A stretch of 64,000 nt of DNA from Bacteroidia bacterium (GTDB taxonomy: Bacteria > Bacteroidota > Bacteroidia > B-17B0 > Aurantibacillaceae): NCBI GenBank assembly GCA_035429925.1, contig DAOMFS010000005.1, positions 15,904 to 79,903 on the forward strand. The letters run 5' to 3'. The position numbers were made by a program, and so were the translations under genes. Under the pieces are notes generated by a model that was not told the origin of the DNA, searched no databases, and was given only the letters and a program-made list of their open reading frames with translations. Below, in pieces: positions 9,895 to 19,540 of the stretch (the first letter of the stretch is position 1; each line of letters begins with the position of its first letter).

Positions 9895-12051
9895 TTATTC
9901 GATAACCAGTTTTTTACTCATGCGGGCACCGTTCACCGATAACTCCACAAAGTAAATTCCGGAACGAAGCGATTGATCAGCATTAATTGTAATGCGGTGT
10001 TCGCCAGAGGTGAACTGTGTTGCGGGCTGACTGTAAAGGACACGTCCTGAAATATCGCTCACCTGTAGCGATACCTGAGCGGCATCGTTGAGGCTGAAAC
10101 CTACACTGGTTTCAGATTTGCTGGGATTGGGATAAAGTGTAAAACGTGTGCTGCGTGTGAGCTCATTGATGCCAAGTGGTGCATCGAGGTTAACCGCGTC
10201 GAGGTATATGTAATTGCCAACACCGGCCGATTTGAATCTGAACCTGAACATCACATTGCTTGAGCTGAGGTATCCGTTCCAGTTTGGGTGCAGAGACATA
10301 TCATACATTTTCCACTCATTGGGCTGTGGGAAGAATGGCGTGTTGCTTGTACCGCCTGAACCAATGGCCATGTTATTCGCTGTCATGGTATAAAAATTCT
10401 GCCAGCTTCCACCGCAATCTTTTGAGCCTTCAATATTCAACTCATCGTTTGTAGTGCTGGTATATTTGGCATAAGCATACCAGAAAGACAGTTTACTTTG
10501 TGGAGCATTGAGTAGATCAATTACCGGTGTTACAAGCATATCTTCCTGGTTGGCCACATTACCCAGATTGTTGATATAGAAACAATTTGAGCCTTCGTAA
10601 GCCGACTGATTGGTTTGTACCCAGGTTACAGTACCAGGATTTGGATTCACCACCTGCCAGTTAGCCGGAAGGCCAGATCCTTCAAATCCTTCAACTACAG
10701 GGCCTACCATACCAGGTGTATTGTCAATAACCATAACCTGTTTCACAACTGTGTTGCTGCCATTGGCATTGGATGCCGTGAGCGACACATTGCAAACACC
10801 AATTGCGGGAAAGGAAATGGAGGTGTTGGCTGCGTTCGGAGAAGCAATAACAGCGCCGTTATCAGCGGCCCATTGCAGGGTGCCAATCGTGCCGTTGTAA
10901 GAATAATCCTTAAAGGTCAGCGATCCACCTTTACAAACAGTAAACGATAATGAACTGGTGTAAAAATCGGCAATTGGTGCACAGGCGCCTGTTCCGTTAA
11001 CATCGGTGTAAAGGGAACTCAGGTTGGTAGCCGATGACAGGTTATTCCTACCGGCTGTGCTGGAGATCAGCGTGGTGCGCATTACGGCTGTTTGCTCCTG
11101 TGTGAAGTTTTTTGGGCAGGAAGAGTAATCCATAATGTTCTCCACATTTGCCTGGCCTGCAGCATAGGCTGTGGTGGATGAAACAGCGCACACATTGCCT
11201 GATGCGCTGCTGGGGCAGGTTGAAAAATATCCCTTGGTGGGAGGCGTGTCTGAAATACCATCGTCACCACAGTTGATTCCAGGATTGTTTGTTGGGCCAA
11301 ATGTATGGGCAAGGTTCAGCCAGTGGCCAACTTCATGGCTGAGGGAACGGGCTTGAAGACCAGACAGGAAGGAATAGGTATAAACTACGGCATCGCAAAG
11401 GGTTGCCGGAGCATTTCCGGGAGGAAATGTGTACCCCACAACCGTGCCAACCTGACCCTGAGCGGCCACAATGGTTTTAACGATGATGATGTTCAGGTAA
11501 CGGGTCGGATTCCAGGTGATGCCACTGTACTGGTTGGCCCATGCGGAGGAACCACTGAGCACATTCCTGTCCCAAACTGTGCGGGAATCGTAATGATGCA
11601 CAATGCCATTGGTGCAGTTTCCGTTTGGATCCTTTTTCGCCAGCATCAGTTTAATATCTGAAGGAATGTATAGGTTGCCGAAAGGCGGGGCAATGGTACC
11701 CACATCTGAACCCATTTTGGCGTAATCGCTGTTGATTTGGTTGAGTGCTGCAATGCAGGTAGCATCGCTGATGTTCTCTACCCCACCCTGATGCAGGATG
11801 TGAAACACCACGGGTATGGTGTACTCTACAGCGGCAGTTTTGGCTGAGGCCTGACTGGCCTTGTAGGCTTGTAATTCGTCGCGAAGTGTTTGTTGTGTTT
11901 TTTCATACGACACTCTGGCTTCGGGGTTTGATGTGAAATACTGTTCCAGCGCGGCATAAGTGTCGCAAGGCTGAATAACAGGTGATTGTGAACGCAATGT
12001 AATGGAATTTAACAGAGCTGCACTGATTAGAATGAAGAACGTTTTTTTCAT
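9895..12051 (-). CDS. M43 (pappalysin-like) zinc metalloprotease with T9SS C-terminal sorting domain
   Basis: Signal peptide, SLSHEVGHWLNLAHTFG zinc motif, a central MAM/choice-of-anchor-like segment (GFEGSGLPANWQVVNP...), and a C-terminal CTD (FTLYPNPSKSETSVGF...GIYFVELSVNG...KLVIE). Confidence 0.85.
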   Translation of the reverse strand: MKKTFFILISAALLNSITLRSQSPVIQPCDTYAALEQYFTSNPEARVSYEKTQQTLRDELQAYKASQASAKTAAVEYTIPVVFHILHQGGVENISDATCIAALNQINSDYAKMGSDVGTIAPPFGNLYIPSDIKLMLAKKDPNGNCTNGIVHHYDSRTVWDRNVLSGSSAWANQYSGITWNPTRYLNIIIVKTIVAAQGQVGTVVGYTFPPGNAPATLCDAVVYTYSFLSGLQARSLSHEVGHWLNLAHTFGPTNNPGINCGDDGISDTPPTKGYFSTCPSSASGNVCAVSSTTAYAAGQANVENIMDYSSCPKNFTQEQTAVMRTTLISSTAGRNNLSSATNLSSLYTDVNGTGACAPIADFYTSSLSFTVCKGGSLTFKDYSYNGTIGTLQWAADNGAVIASPNAANTSISFPAIGVCNVSLTASNANGSNTVVKQVMVIDNTPGMVGPVVEGFEGSGLPANWQVVNPNPGTVTWVQTNQSAYEGSNCFYINNLGNVANQEDMLVTPVIDLLNAPQSKLSFWYAYAKYTSTTNDELNIEGSKDCGGSWQNFYTMTANNMAIGSGGTSNTPFFPQPNEWKMYDMSLHPNWNGYLSSSNVMFRFRFKSAGVGNYIYLDAVNLDAPLGINELTRSTRFTLYPNPSKSETSVGFSLNDAAQVSLQVSDISGRVLYSQPATQFTSGEHRITINADQSLRSGIYFVELSVNGARMSKKLVIE

Positions 12052-12089
12052 TTGTTTGTTTGGTGTTTTGTGTATTTGCGGTTTGGATG

Positions 12090-13019
12090 TTATTTGGATG
12101 AACTTTTGTTCGAATTCACTTGGTTAAGCGCCATCATGTCCTTGATGGTTTTTTGCATGCCGTCTACGCTTCCGTCAAGGAAAATTACATTGCCCTTGCC
12201 ATCGTGGGCGAAATTCTTAATGGCCTCTGTCCACATACTGAACAGGATCAATGAAGCGTCGAGGTCGGCTTCTTTCATTTCACGGGCTGCCCCCGCCATA
12301 CCCTTGGCAACTTCCTGACGAAACAGGGCTATACCCTGTCCCTTCAGCTGAGACGCGTCCTTTTCAGCCTGGGCCGAGATCTTTATGAAATTACCCTCTG
12401 CTTCGGCTGCTTTTGTGCGGGTAATCAGCAGGGCCTGACCTTCGTTTTCAGCTGCCGATTTCAGATTGTTGCTGGCTACAACCTTGGCCATTGAACGCAT
12501 AACTTCTTCATCAAAGGTGATGTCGTTCAGCTGAAGATCAATGAGATGATAACCCCATTCTTCCAGTGTGCGGTCCAGCTGGTCTTTCACAGCCTCCACT
12601 ATCTCGCGGCGCAGGGTCAGCACCTCACTTTGTTTTTTGGTCGCTACAAAGGCCCTCACAGATCCTTCTACTGAACGGACAAGGGCCTGCATAAAATTTC
12701 GGTCGTCAATAAATTTGAAGGCCACATTTTTAACCGTTTCTTCATCTGAATTGATCACGGAATACAAAAGCATGGCCGTAAAGTTCACGTTGGCCTGATC
12801 TATGGTCACAGCCTGAAATCCAAGCTCAGATGAACGGTTTTGAATGGATATTTTTCGAAAAACACGCTCTATAAGCGGTATTTTAAAGTTCAGACCGGGT
12901 CTCAGTATCCGGTTGAACTTGCCAAATATTGTGGTAATGGCAATGGTTCCCTGCTGAACAGTGGTGAACGATGTGATGATCACCAGAACAAGCAGTGCAA
13001 GCAGAATTATTGGAGTCAT
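12090..13019 (-). CDS. SPFH/Band-7 (stomatin/prohibitin-like) domain protein
   Basis: N-terminal TM helix followed by VQQGTIAITTIFGKFNRILRPGLNFKIPLIE, typical of SPFH proteins. Confidence 0.85.
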   Translation of the reverse strand: MTPIILLALLVLVIITSFTTVQQGTIAITTIFGKFNRILRPGLNFKIPLIERVFRKISIQNRSSELGFQAVTIDQANVNFTAMLLYSVINSDEETVKNVAFKFIDDRNFMQALVRSVEGSVRAFVATKKQSEVLTLRREIVEAVKDQLDRTLEEWGYHLIDLQLNDITFDEEVMRSMAKVVASNNLKSAAENEGQALLITRTKAAEAEGNFIKISAQAEKDASQLKGQGIALFRQEVAKGMAGAAREMKEADLDASLILFSMWTEAIKNFAHDGKGNVIFLDGSVDGMQKTIKDMMALNQVNSNKSSSK

Positions 13020-13051
13020 GTGCGCGTGGTTTTTATCTTTGTGACAAAGGC

Positions 13052-14158
13052 ATGAATTTACTCATTTTTTGGCATTCTCTCACCCCTGCCCTTCTTAACA
13101 TTTGTAAGTGGTGTATTTGCCTTTTGATCTGGTTCATACCGGCCTCCAGCATGGCCCAGGAGGCGGCCAAGGACTCTGTAACAGAGGACCAGAAAATCTA
13201 TCTTGCTGCTTGTAAACTGATTGACTCGGCAAAGTACAAGGAAGCCATACCGCTTCTTAAAAAAGCCATAAAACTAAGTCCTTTGAACATTGAGCCATAC
13301 AACAAAATGGCCTTCGCTAAAATAAAGTTAAAAGACTTTAAAGGCGCTGAAAAAGACCTGCAGGCATCGGATAAAATCCTGCCCATGAATTATGAAACCT
13401 GCAAACTCACCGGCCTGAACTATTTTTTCTGGGGCAAATTCAATGAGGCTAAACTGGCCTTCGATACAAGTCTCTATATTTCCAGAGAAGAAAAGATAGA
13501 TGATGCAGAACTGCATTATTACAGGGCGTCACTGATGTTCAAAGGAAAAAGTTATAAAACTGCACTGGAAGCTTTAGAATCAGCAACCGAACTGAATCCC
13601 CGATACATTGAGGCTTATGTATTGAAAGGTGAGATTCGTTTTGCCATGAAAAACTACAACCATGCCATCAAGGAACTCAGCAATGCAATTGACCTGATGC
13701 CTGTTGACAAACCCGATTATGCGGCTTATAAACTCAGGGCCAAAAGCCGCTTTGAAATAGGCGACTACAAGGGGGCCGTACAGGACTGGAATATCTACAT
13801 TGACGGGGAGCCGGGTGAAGAGGAAAGCCTTGTGAGTCGTGGCGCGGCAAAGATCAATGCCGGCGACAACAGCGGAGCGGTAGCCGACCTGGACGCAGCA
13901 GTTAAGATCAACGCCAAGAATCCGGTAACATACTGTTACAGAGGTGTGGCAAAGGGCGGAAACAAAATGTACGCTGAAGCCATCAAAGACCTTGATTACG
14001 CCATCAGGCTAAAATTTGACTATGCGGCAGCCTTTGTAAATAGAGCTGCTATCAAAATGGCATTGAAAGATAAGCGTGGTGCCTGTGAAGATCTGAAAAA
14101 GGCAGACAGCCTTGGAGACGAATTAGCCTTGAAACTTGTGGAAAAATACTGTAAGTAG
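13052..14158 (+). CDS. tetratricopeptide-repeat protein
   Basis: Repeated 34-aa A/Y/L-pattern units (e.g. YKEAIPLLKKAIKLSP, YNHAIKELSNAIDLMP, YAEAIKDLDYAIRLKF). ATG 13052 avoids the overlap with the divergent SPFH gene. Confidence 0.75.
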   Translation: MNLLIFWHSLTPALLNICKWCICLLIWFIPASSMAQEAAKDSVTEDQKIYLAACKLIDSAKYKEAIPLLKKAIKLSPLNIEPYNKMAFAKIKLKDFKGAEKDLQASDKILPMNYETCKLTGLNYFFWGKFNEAKLAFDTSLYISREEKIDDAELHYYRASLMFKGKSYKTALEALESATELNPRYIEAYVLKGEIRFAMKNYNHAIKELSNAIDLMPVDKPDYAAYKLRAKSRFEIGDYKGAVQDWNIYIDGEPGEEESLVSRGAAKINAGDNSGAVADLDAAVKINAKNPVTYCYRGVAKGGNKMYAEAIKDLDYAIRLKFDYAAAFVNRAAIKMALKDKRGACEDLKKADSLGDELALKLVEKYCK

Positions 14159-14169
14159 TGTTAAGTGGT

Positions 14170-14556
14170 TCAATTGAGTTTGGCTGGTACTATCAGGTGA
14201 AACCGGGGAATGGACACGTTGAATTCAACCCCATCGCGAAGATTGACAAGAATGTAATATCCTTCCATAAAACCCATGTCGCTATTTAGATTGCAGCCGC
14301 TGTTGTATTGAAACTTTTCTCCGGGTTTCAGAACCGGTGTTTCACCCACTACCCCTTCACCGTCCACTACCCGCGTTTCGCCTGTAGAGTCGAAAATATC
14401 CCAATGCCTTTTGGTGAGCTGAACCGTGAACTCGCAGTTGTTTTCGATGGTAACGAAGTACACGAAAAAATAGTGATTTTCATTGGGCAAGCTCCGGTTT
14501 GGCCAGTATTTCACCTCAACCGAAACATCAATGTTATGTGTGCTAATTTTTACCAT
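14170..14556 (-). CDS. apaG: ApaG (DUF525) protein
   Basis: 128 aa; YFFVYFVTIENN...VQLTKRHWDIFDSTGETRVVDGEGVVGETPVLKPGEKFQYNSG matches the ApaG pattern. Confidence 0.85.
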   Translation of the reverse strand: MVKISTHNIDVSVEVKYWPNRSLPNENHYFFVYFVTIENNCEFTVQLTKRHWDIFDSTGETRVVDGEGVVGETPVLKPGEKFQYNSGCNLNSDMGFMEGYYILVNLRDGVEFNVSIPRFHLIVPAKLN

Positions 14557-14591
14557 GGCTTCCCTGGTTCAAATCTGCTCCAGAATGGGCT

Positions 14592-15728
14592 TCAGTTAAG
14601 CACTTCCTTCACGAGCACGCGTTGGTACAAGCGTTCATATAAAGGTAGTATTTTTTCCACATCAAAACTTGTGGCCCGTTCAAAAGCCTTTTCCCTGAAT
14701 CTTGTCATCAATTGTTCGTCGCGGAGCAAACGCAGCGCGTTGGCAGCCATCTCAGCTGTATCACCTACATTGCTTGTAAATCCTGTTTCCCCGTTCACAT
14801 TTACCTCAGGCAGTCCGCCACTGTTGGTGCTTATCACGGGTACATGCATGGCCATAGCTTCCAGAGCCGACAAACCAAAACTCTCTGTTTCAGAGGGGAG
14901 TATAAAAAGATCACCGACACATAAAATCTCTTTGGGATCTGTGATCTTACCAAGTGAAACCACATGATGGTGTATATCCAGATGCCTGCAAAGTTGTTCA
15001 ATGTTGGCCTTTTCAGGGCCGTCTCCCACCAAAATGAGCTTAGCCGGCATTTCCTGGCAAACCTTTTCAAAAATACTGACCACATCCTGCACACGTTTTA
15101 CCTTTCTGAAGTTGCTGATGTGTACCAGCACTTTCTCGCCGTTGGGCGCGTATTTGCGCTTGATGCAGTGCTCGAAACTGGCCTGGTAATCCTTTATGGT
15201 GATAAAATTGGGGATAACGGTGATCTTGTTGTCGATCTTGAAGGTCTTGAGGGTATCCTTTTTCAGGCTTTCCGAAACAGAGGTGATGGCATTGCTATGG
15301 TTCAGAGAAAAGCGTATCACTGGTTCAAATGCCGGGTCTCTTCCTACCAGAGTAATATCCGTGCCATGCAGCGTAGTGATATAAGGCAGATCAATTTTTT
15401 TGGATTTCAGAATTTGCTGGGCCATATAAGCCACAGAAGCGTGAGGTATGGCATAATGCACATGCAACACATCAAGGTGCTCGTAAATGGCCACATCTAC
15501 AATTTTGCTGGCCAGTACACTTTCGTATGGCTGATAATCAAATAAAGGATAGTCGTTCACACTGAACTCATGAAAAAAGAGGTTCTCATTGAACAGGTTC
15601 AAACGGAAGGGCTGGCTGTAAGACATAAAATGCACCTTATGCCCCTTATTGGCCAGGGCTATTCCCAGTTCTGTAGCGACAACTCCGCTTCCCCCGTAAG
15701 TGGGAAAACAAACCATTCCTATATTCAT
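14592..15728 (-). CDS. bshA: N-acetyl-alpha-D-glucosaminyl L-malate synthase BshA (GT4, bacillithiol biosynthesis)
   Basis: MNIGMVCFPTYGGSGVVATELGIALANKGHKVHFMSYSQPFRL is the characteristic BshA N-terminus. The C-terminal GT4 motif is PSETESFGLSALEAMA. Confidence 0.85.
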   Translation of the reverse strand: MNIGMVCFPTYGGSGVVATELGIALANKGHKVHFMSYSQPFRLNLFNENLFFHEFSVNDYPLFDYQPYESVLASKIVDVAIYEHLDVLHVHYAIPHASVAYMAQQILKSKKIDLPYITTLHGTDITLVGRDPAFEPVIRFSLNHSNAITSVSESLKKDTLKTFKIDNKITVIPNFITIKDYQASFEHCIKRKYAPNGEKVLVHISNFRKVKRVQDVVSIFEKVCQEMPAKLILVGDGPEKANIEQLCRHLDIHHHVVSLGKITDPKEILCVGDLFILPSETESFGLSALEAMAMHVPVISTNSGGLPEVNVNGETGFTSNVGDTAEMAANALRLLRDEQLMTRFREKAFERATSFDVEKILPLYERLYQRVLVKEVLN

Positions 15729-15855
15729 ATTGCTTTTGTTTTGAAAGCCTGCATTAAAAGTACAAATTAATTCAGGCTTACAACACGCTCAGCAAGGCCC
15801 TACGGCATTATTGACTATTTTTAGCATGGTTCCCGACTTGGAGTGGTAACACACT

Positions 15856-16527
15856 ATGCCTACCTTTGCAGCCTTGGATTACAAACTCCATAGCCTCAAA
15901 CCTGAACAGGAGAATCAACTGAACGCCGGTACCTTGTTGCCGGTGATGGAGGATTTTTATTCTCTGCAGGGTGAAGGTTTTCACACCGGGAAACCAGCCT
16001 ACTTCATTCGAATAGGCGGTTGTGATGTGGGTTGTCACTGGTGCGATGTGAAGGAAAGCTGGGATGCCAACGTGCACCCGCTTACCGGCCTGGAAGCACT
16101 GATCACAAAAGTGAAAGCCAGCAGATCACCTGCTGTTGTGATCACCGGAGGAGAACCCCTTATCTACAATATGAATGCGCTTTGCTCAGCCCTTCAATCA
16201 GAAAATATTCAAACGCATCTCGAAACATCTGGTTCTTATGCCTTAAGCGGTGTATGGGACTGGATATGCCTCTCTCCTAAAAAAACACTTAAACCCCTGC
16301 CGTCCATTTACACAAAAGCTCACGAACTTAAAGTTATCGTGTACAACCGCCATGATTTTACCTGGGCTGAAGAACAGGCGCGGCTTGTAAACACTGAATG
16401 TCATCTTTTTCTGCAGCCCGAGTGGAGCCGGCATGAAAAGCTCATGCCCGAGATCATAGATTTTGTAAAAAACCATCCCCGCTGGAGGATCAGCCTGCAG
16501 GCCCACAAATACATGCACATACCCTAA
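15856..16527 (+). CDS. queE: 7-carboxy-7-deazaguanine synthase QueE (radical SAM)
   Basis: FYSLQGEGFHTGKPAYFIRIGGCDVGCHWCD (the QueE-type Cx..CxxC cluster site) and ITGGEPL. Confidence 0.85.
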   Translation: MPTFAALDYKLHSLKPEQENQLNAGTLLPVMEDFYSLQGEGFHTGKPAYFIRIGGCDVGCHWCDVKESWDANVHPLTGLEALITKVKASRSPAVVITGGEPLIYNMNALCSALQSENIQTHLETSGSYALSGVWDWICLSPKKTLKPLPSIYTKAHELKVIVYNRHDFTWAEEQARLVNTECHLFLQPEWSRHEKLMPEIIDFVKNHPRWRISLQAHKYMHIP

Positions 16528-16530
16528 GGA

Positions 16531-17811
16531 TCACTTGTCCTTCAGGTAAGCTTCCAGGCCTTCGAAATACGAGCGCGCCACCCGGATGAGCCGGTCATTT
16601 GTAACAATACCCTTGTAAATCATGTCTCTTCGCATCAAGGCTGCCGCCTCCTGCGGATTGTCCTGATAAAGAGCTTCTCCGTAAACCAATACAGAATTAA
16701 CCTGCCTGCACATCAGTAAATTCCTTGAGTACACGCCGGTTCCGGGCAATGGCATACAGTTTTCGTGAAGGTATTTTGCATCTCCTTGTGTGGCTACAGG
16801 TATTCCAAGGTTTTTATGAAAGGCTTTCACTGTATGTGCACTCAGGCGGGCGGATTCATCGAGCTGGTTGCTGAATAAGAGGCGCAGAAAATTCAATCGC
16901 ATTTCTGATTTTCCGAGGTGTTCGGGTAAAAATACACCCCCGATAAAGGCCATGGTAAAATCCTTTTTGCTGAATCCGGTCCATGGCGCATTTTTTTCGT
17001 CCACATTGTAGTGTATGATAAGCGTGATGTCGGGACTAAATGCATTGATTTTCGACGCGCGATTCTGTAGGTCAAAATCTCTGAAGAACTCCCAGAAAAA
17101 ATTATAGGGCTTAAGCTTTAGCAAGGCCTTTTCTCTTGAAGCGCTCAGTTTACCGCAATGCACCAAACTGTCCAATACCCGCGTTTTGTGTTGCATAAAC
17201 CAATTGCCGTAACTGCAACCAAATGAACTGTGATTGGGCATATCCCGGCTTAGCATCACCTCGGCTCCGCGTTCTTCAAGCATGCTTTTCAGCAGTTGTG
17301 CCGTATTGAATGTGAGCGCACTCTCAAAAAGCTTTACGCTATCATAGGGGAAACCTTCCTGCTCAACTTTAAAGCAAAGGTATTTCTGCTCTGAAGCGGC
17401 GTCTTTCATATTGGTTGAAAAGTGTCCGGGATCGATGGCGACTCGCAAGGCCTGAAAAGAAGCATTTCCTATTTTATGCAGTTCCTGATCCCGGGCCGAA
17501 AGCTTCAGCAATGAATCCAGGCTGCCCTGTGACAGCTTTTTCCTCCCCTTTTTTGACCAGAAAATGGATTGTGATGCAAAACTGCTACGCGTTAAAAAGG
17601 CCGAAACAGCCATCAGCTCGTTTTCATAAACGGAAATTTCGGGTGTTCCATTTGCACTGCAAATATGCACAGCTGCATTTTCAAACCTCACCCTCTGACT
17701 CAGTCCGTCATGAAAGTTCAGGTTTTGTTCAAATCGTTTCCTGCAATCCTGTATGGTTTGAGCAGGTAAAAAAGTTCTGAACAGTACCAGGATCAGGACA
17801 CAGGTTCGCAT
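16531..17811 (-). CDS. secreted protein, divergent Amidase_3-like (N-acetylmuramoyl-L-alanine amidase family) candidate
   Basis: Signal peptide. AIDPGHFS, DITLIIHYNVD and SVLVYGEALYQDNPQEAAAL resemble the xDPGHGG / SiHaNa / vLvElgFisNpeE motifs of Amidase_3. The match is weak. Confidence 0.4.
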   Translation of the reverse strand: MRTCVLILVLFRTFLPAQTIQDCRKRFEQNLNFHDGLSQRVRFENAAVHICSANGTPEISVYENELMAVSAFLTRSSFASQSIFWSKKGRKKLSQGSLDSLLKLSARDQELHKIGNASFQALRVAIDPGHFSTNMKDAASEQKYLCFKVEQEGFPYDSVKLFESALTFNTAQLLKSMLEERGAEVMLSRDMPNHSSFGCSYGNWFMQHKTRVLDSLVHCGKLSASREKALLKLKPYNFFWEFFRDFDLQNRASKINAFSPDITLIIHYNVDEKNAPWTGFSKKDFTMAFIGGVFLPEHLGKSEMRLNFLRLLFSNQLDESARLSAHTVKAFHKNLGIPVATQGDAKYLHENCMPLPGTGVYSRNLLMCRQVNSVLVYGEALYQDNPQEAAALMRRDMIYKGIVTNDRLIRVARSYFEGLEAYLKDK

Positions 17812-17875
17812 GGTTTAAAAATAGGACAAGCCTGGCATAGAAATCCGTATCTTGATTTGGTTTTTCAATCATGCC

Positions 17876-18295
17876 ATGTTAACATCAGATCAGCTTCGCA
17901 TTTTAAAGGCTCGGGATATACAACTCAGCACATCGCGTTCAGGAGGTAAAGGCGGCCAGCATGTGAATAAGGTGGAAAGCAAGGTTGAACTGGTTTTTGA
18001 TATTCTCCATTCAGAGGCCCTCACGGAGGCGCAAAAAATCACCATCCTGGCATCAGGCAGTAAAAGGATACGGGATGCCATGATCCGACTCACCTGCGAA
18101 GAATCCAGGTCTCAGTCAAAAAACAGGCAAATCGTTGTTGAAAAACTTTCAGTCATCCTGAATAACCTGTTGAAACCAAAAATAACACGGGTATCCACAA
18201 AAGCAAGCAAAACCGTCAAACGCAAAAGGCGTGAACAAAAGATCCTGCACAAGGAAAAAAAGCACAGGCGAAAACGGGATCTCTGGACAGAATAA
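17876..18295 (+). CDS. arfB: alternative ribosome-rescue factor ArfB (peptidyl-tRNA hydrolase, GGQ)
   Basis: [20 protein letters not shown] (GGQ motif), ~139 aa from ATG 17876, and a basic C-terminal tail (KRKRREQKILHKEKKHRRKR). Confidence 0.85.
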   Translation: MLTSDQLRILKARDIQLSTSRSGGKGGQHVNKVESKVELVFDILHSEALTEAQKITILASGSKRIRDAMIRLTCEESRSQSKNRQIVVEKLSVILNNLLKPKITRVSTKASKTVKRKRREQKILHKEKKHRRKRDLWTE

Positions 18296-18433
18296 TGTCA
18301 TCAGGCCAAAACTGGCTCAGCGCTGGCATTTAGCAGGACATCATTTACTTCGGAATTACCCCAGGCTTGTTAATTAATTTCATAATAAACTAACTGCCTT
18401 TGCGTTAATTTAGCTAATTTGGACAGGTTAGCT

Positions 18434-19540
18434 ATGCACTCTAAGGCCATTCGATCACCATTTTACTTTGTTATCACGTGTTCTCTGGTTCTTGGCGCCC
18501 AGACTTACCGTGCACAAGTTCGTAAATACAGCAATGAGTTTCTGAACATTGGTGTCGGCGCCAGGGCTTTGGGTATGGGAAATGCCAATGTGAGCTCAGA
18601 ATCAGGCGTGAACGCCGGGTACTGGAACCCGGCCGGACTCTTGTCCCAGAAAAATGATATCGAGGTAGGTCTGATGCACGCTGAATATTTTGCCGGTATC
18701 GCCAAATACGACTACATCGGCCTCTCAAAGCGCATCGACAGCAACAGTGTGGGTGGTATTACCCTGCTGCGTTTTGGCGTGGATAATATTCCCAATACAC
18801 TTGATCTGGTAGACGCCAATGGTAATGTGGACTACAACAGGATCAGCACCTTTAACGCCATAGATTTTGCAACCATACTGAGCTACGCGCGTAGTTTGCC
18901 TAAACTAAAGGGTGTTGAACTCGGCGGAAATTTCAAAGTCATCCGCCGCACATTGGGACAATTTGGCGGCGCATGGGGATTCGGACTCGACCTTGGGGCG
19001 AAATACAACTACAAGGGTTGGCATCTGGCAGCCATGGGCCGCGACATCAGCGGAACCTTCAATGCCTGGACCATACAACTGAGTGAAAAGGACAAGAACA
19101 CTTTCATTCAAAGCGGCAATGAAATCCCATCTTCCTCCCTTGAAGTGACGGTGCCAAAACTCATCCTCGGCTGTTCGCGGGAAATCAAATTCTGGAAAGA
19201 CAGACTCTCTGTGCTCGGTGAGATTAACCTGATCAACACCTTCGATGGCAAACGCAACACGGTCATCAAAACTTCACTCTGGAGTCTCGAACCGGCTTTC
19301 GGAGCAGAAATCGGCTATAAGGGCATGGTGTACCTGAGGGGGGGGCTTGGCAACATCCAAAAGGAACTGAACGCCAAGGGCAACGATTTTGTGACCACCG
19401 TACAACCCAATTTCGGACTTGGCGTGAAGTATAGAATATTTAGCCTCGATTATGCCTTAACGGATATCGGTGACCGCTCGGTGGCCTTGTATTCCAATAT
19501 TTTTTCCCTTCGGATCGACATTAACCGCAAAGCTATGTGA
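18434..19540 (+). CDS. PorV/PorQ-family outer-membrane beta-barrel (PorV-like)
   Basis: Signal peptide, N-terminal SNEFLNIGVGARALGMGNANVSSESGVNAGYWNPAGL (the PorV-type FL-x-I-x3-AR-x2-GMG...NPA pattern), and beta-strand-rich sequence ending ...FSLRIDI. The stop overlaps the start of the PorU-like gene. Confidence 0.65.
   Translation: MHSKAIRSPFYFVITCSLVLGAQTYRAQVRKYSNEFLNIGVGARALGMGNANVSSESGVNAGYWNPAGLLSQKNDIEVGLMHAEYFAGIAKYDYIGLSKRIDSNSVGGITLLRFGVDNIPNTLDLVDANGNVDYNRISTFNAIDFATILSYARSLPKLKGVELGGNFKVIRRTLGQFGGAWGFGLDLGAKYNYKGWHLAAMGRDISGTFNAWTIQLSEKDKNTFIQSGNEIPSSSLEVTVPKLILGCSREIKFWKDRLSVLGEINLINTFDGKRNTVIKTSLWSLEPAFGAEIGYKGMVYLRGGLGNIQKELNAKGNDFVTTVQPNFGLGVKYRIFSLDYALTDIGDRSVALYSNIFSLRIDINRKAM

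Noticed and set aside
12995-13051. The longer start (12995) for the TPR protein.
   Set aside because: It would overlap the divergent SPFH gene start by 25 nt, and ATG 13052 precedes the hydrophobic N-terminal segment.
14308-15545. Long ORFs 14308-14967 (219 aa) and 14964-15545 (193 aa) on the plus strand.
   Set aside because: They are antisense to the strongly supported apaG and bshA genes, have no motifs, and show composition typical of shadow frames.
15729-15855. Possible preQ1 riboswitch upstream of queE.
   Set aside because: I could not fold the short preQ1-I/II hairpin with its A-rich tail or find its conserved core in this spacer. This is unverified without cmsearch.
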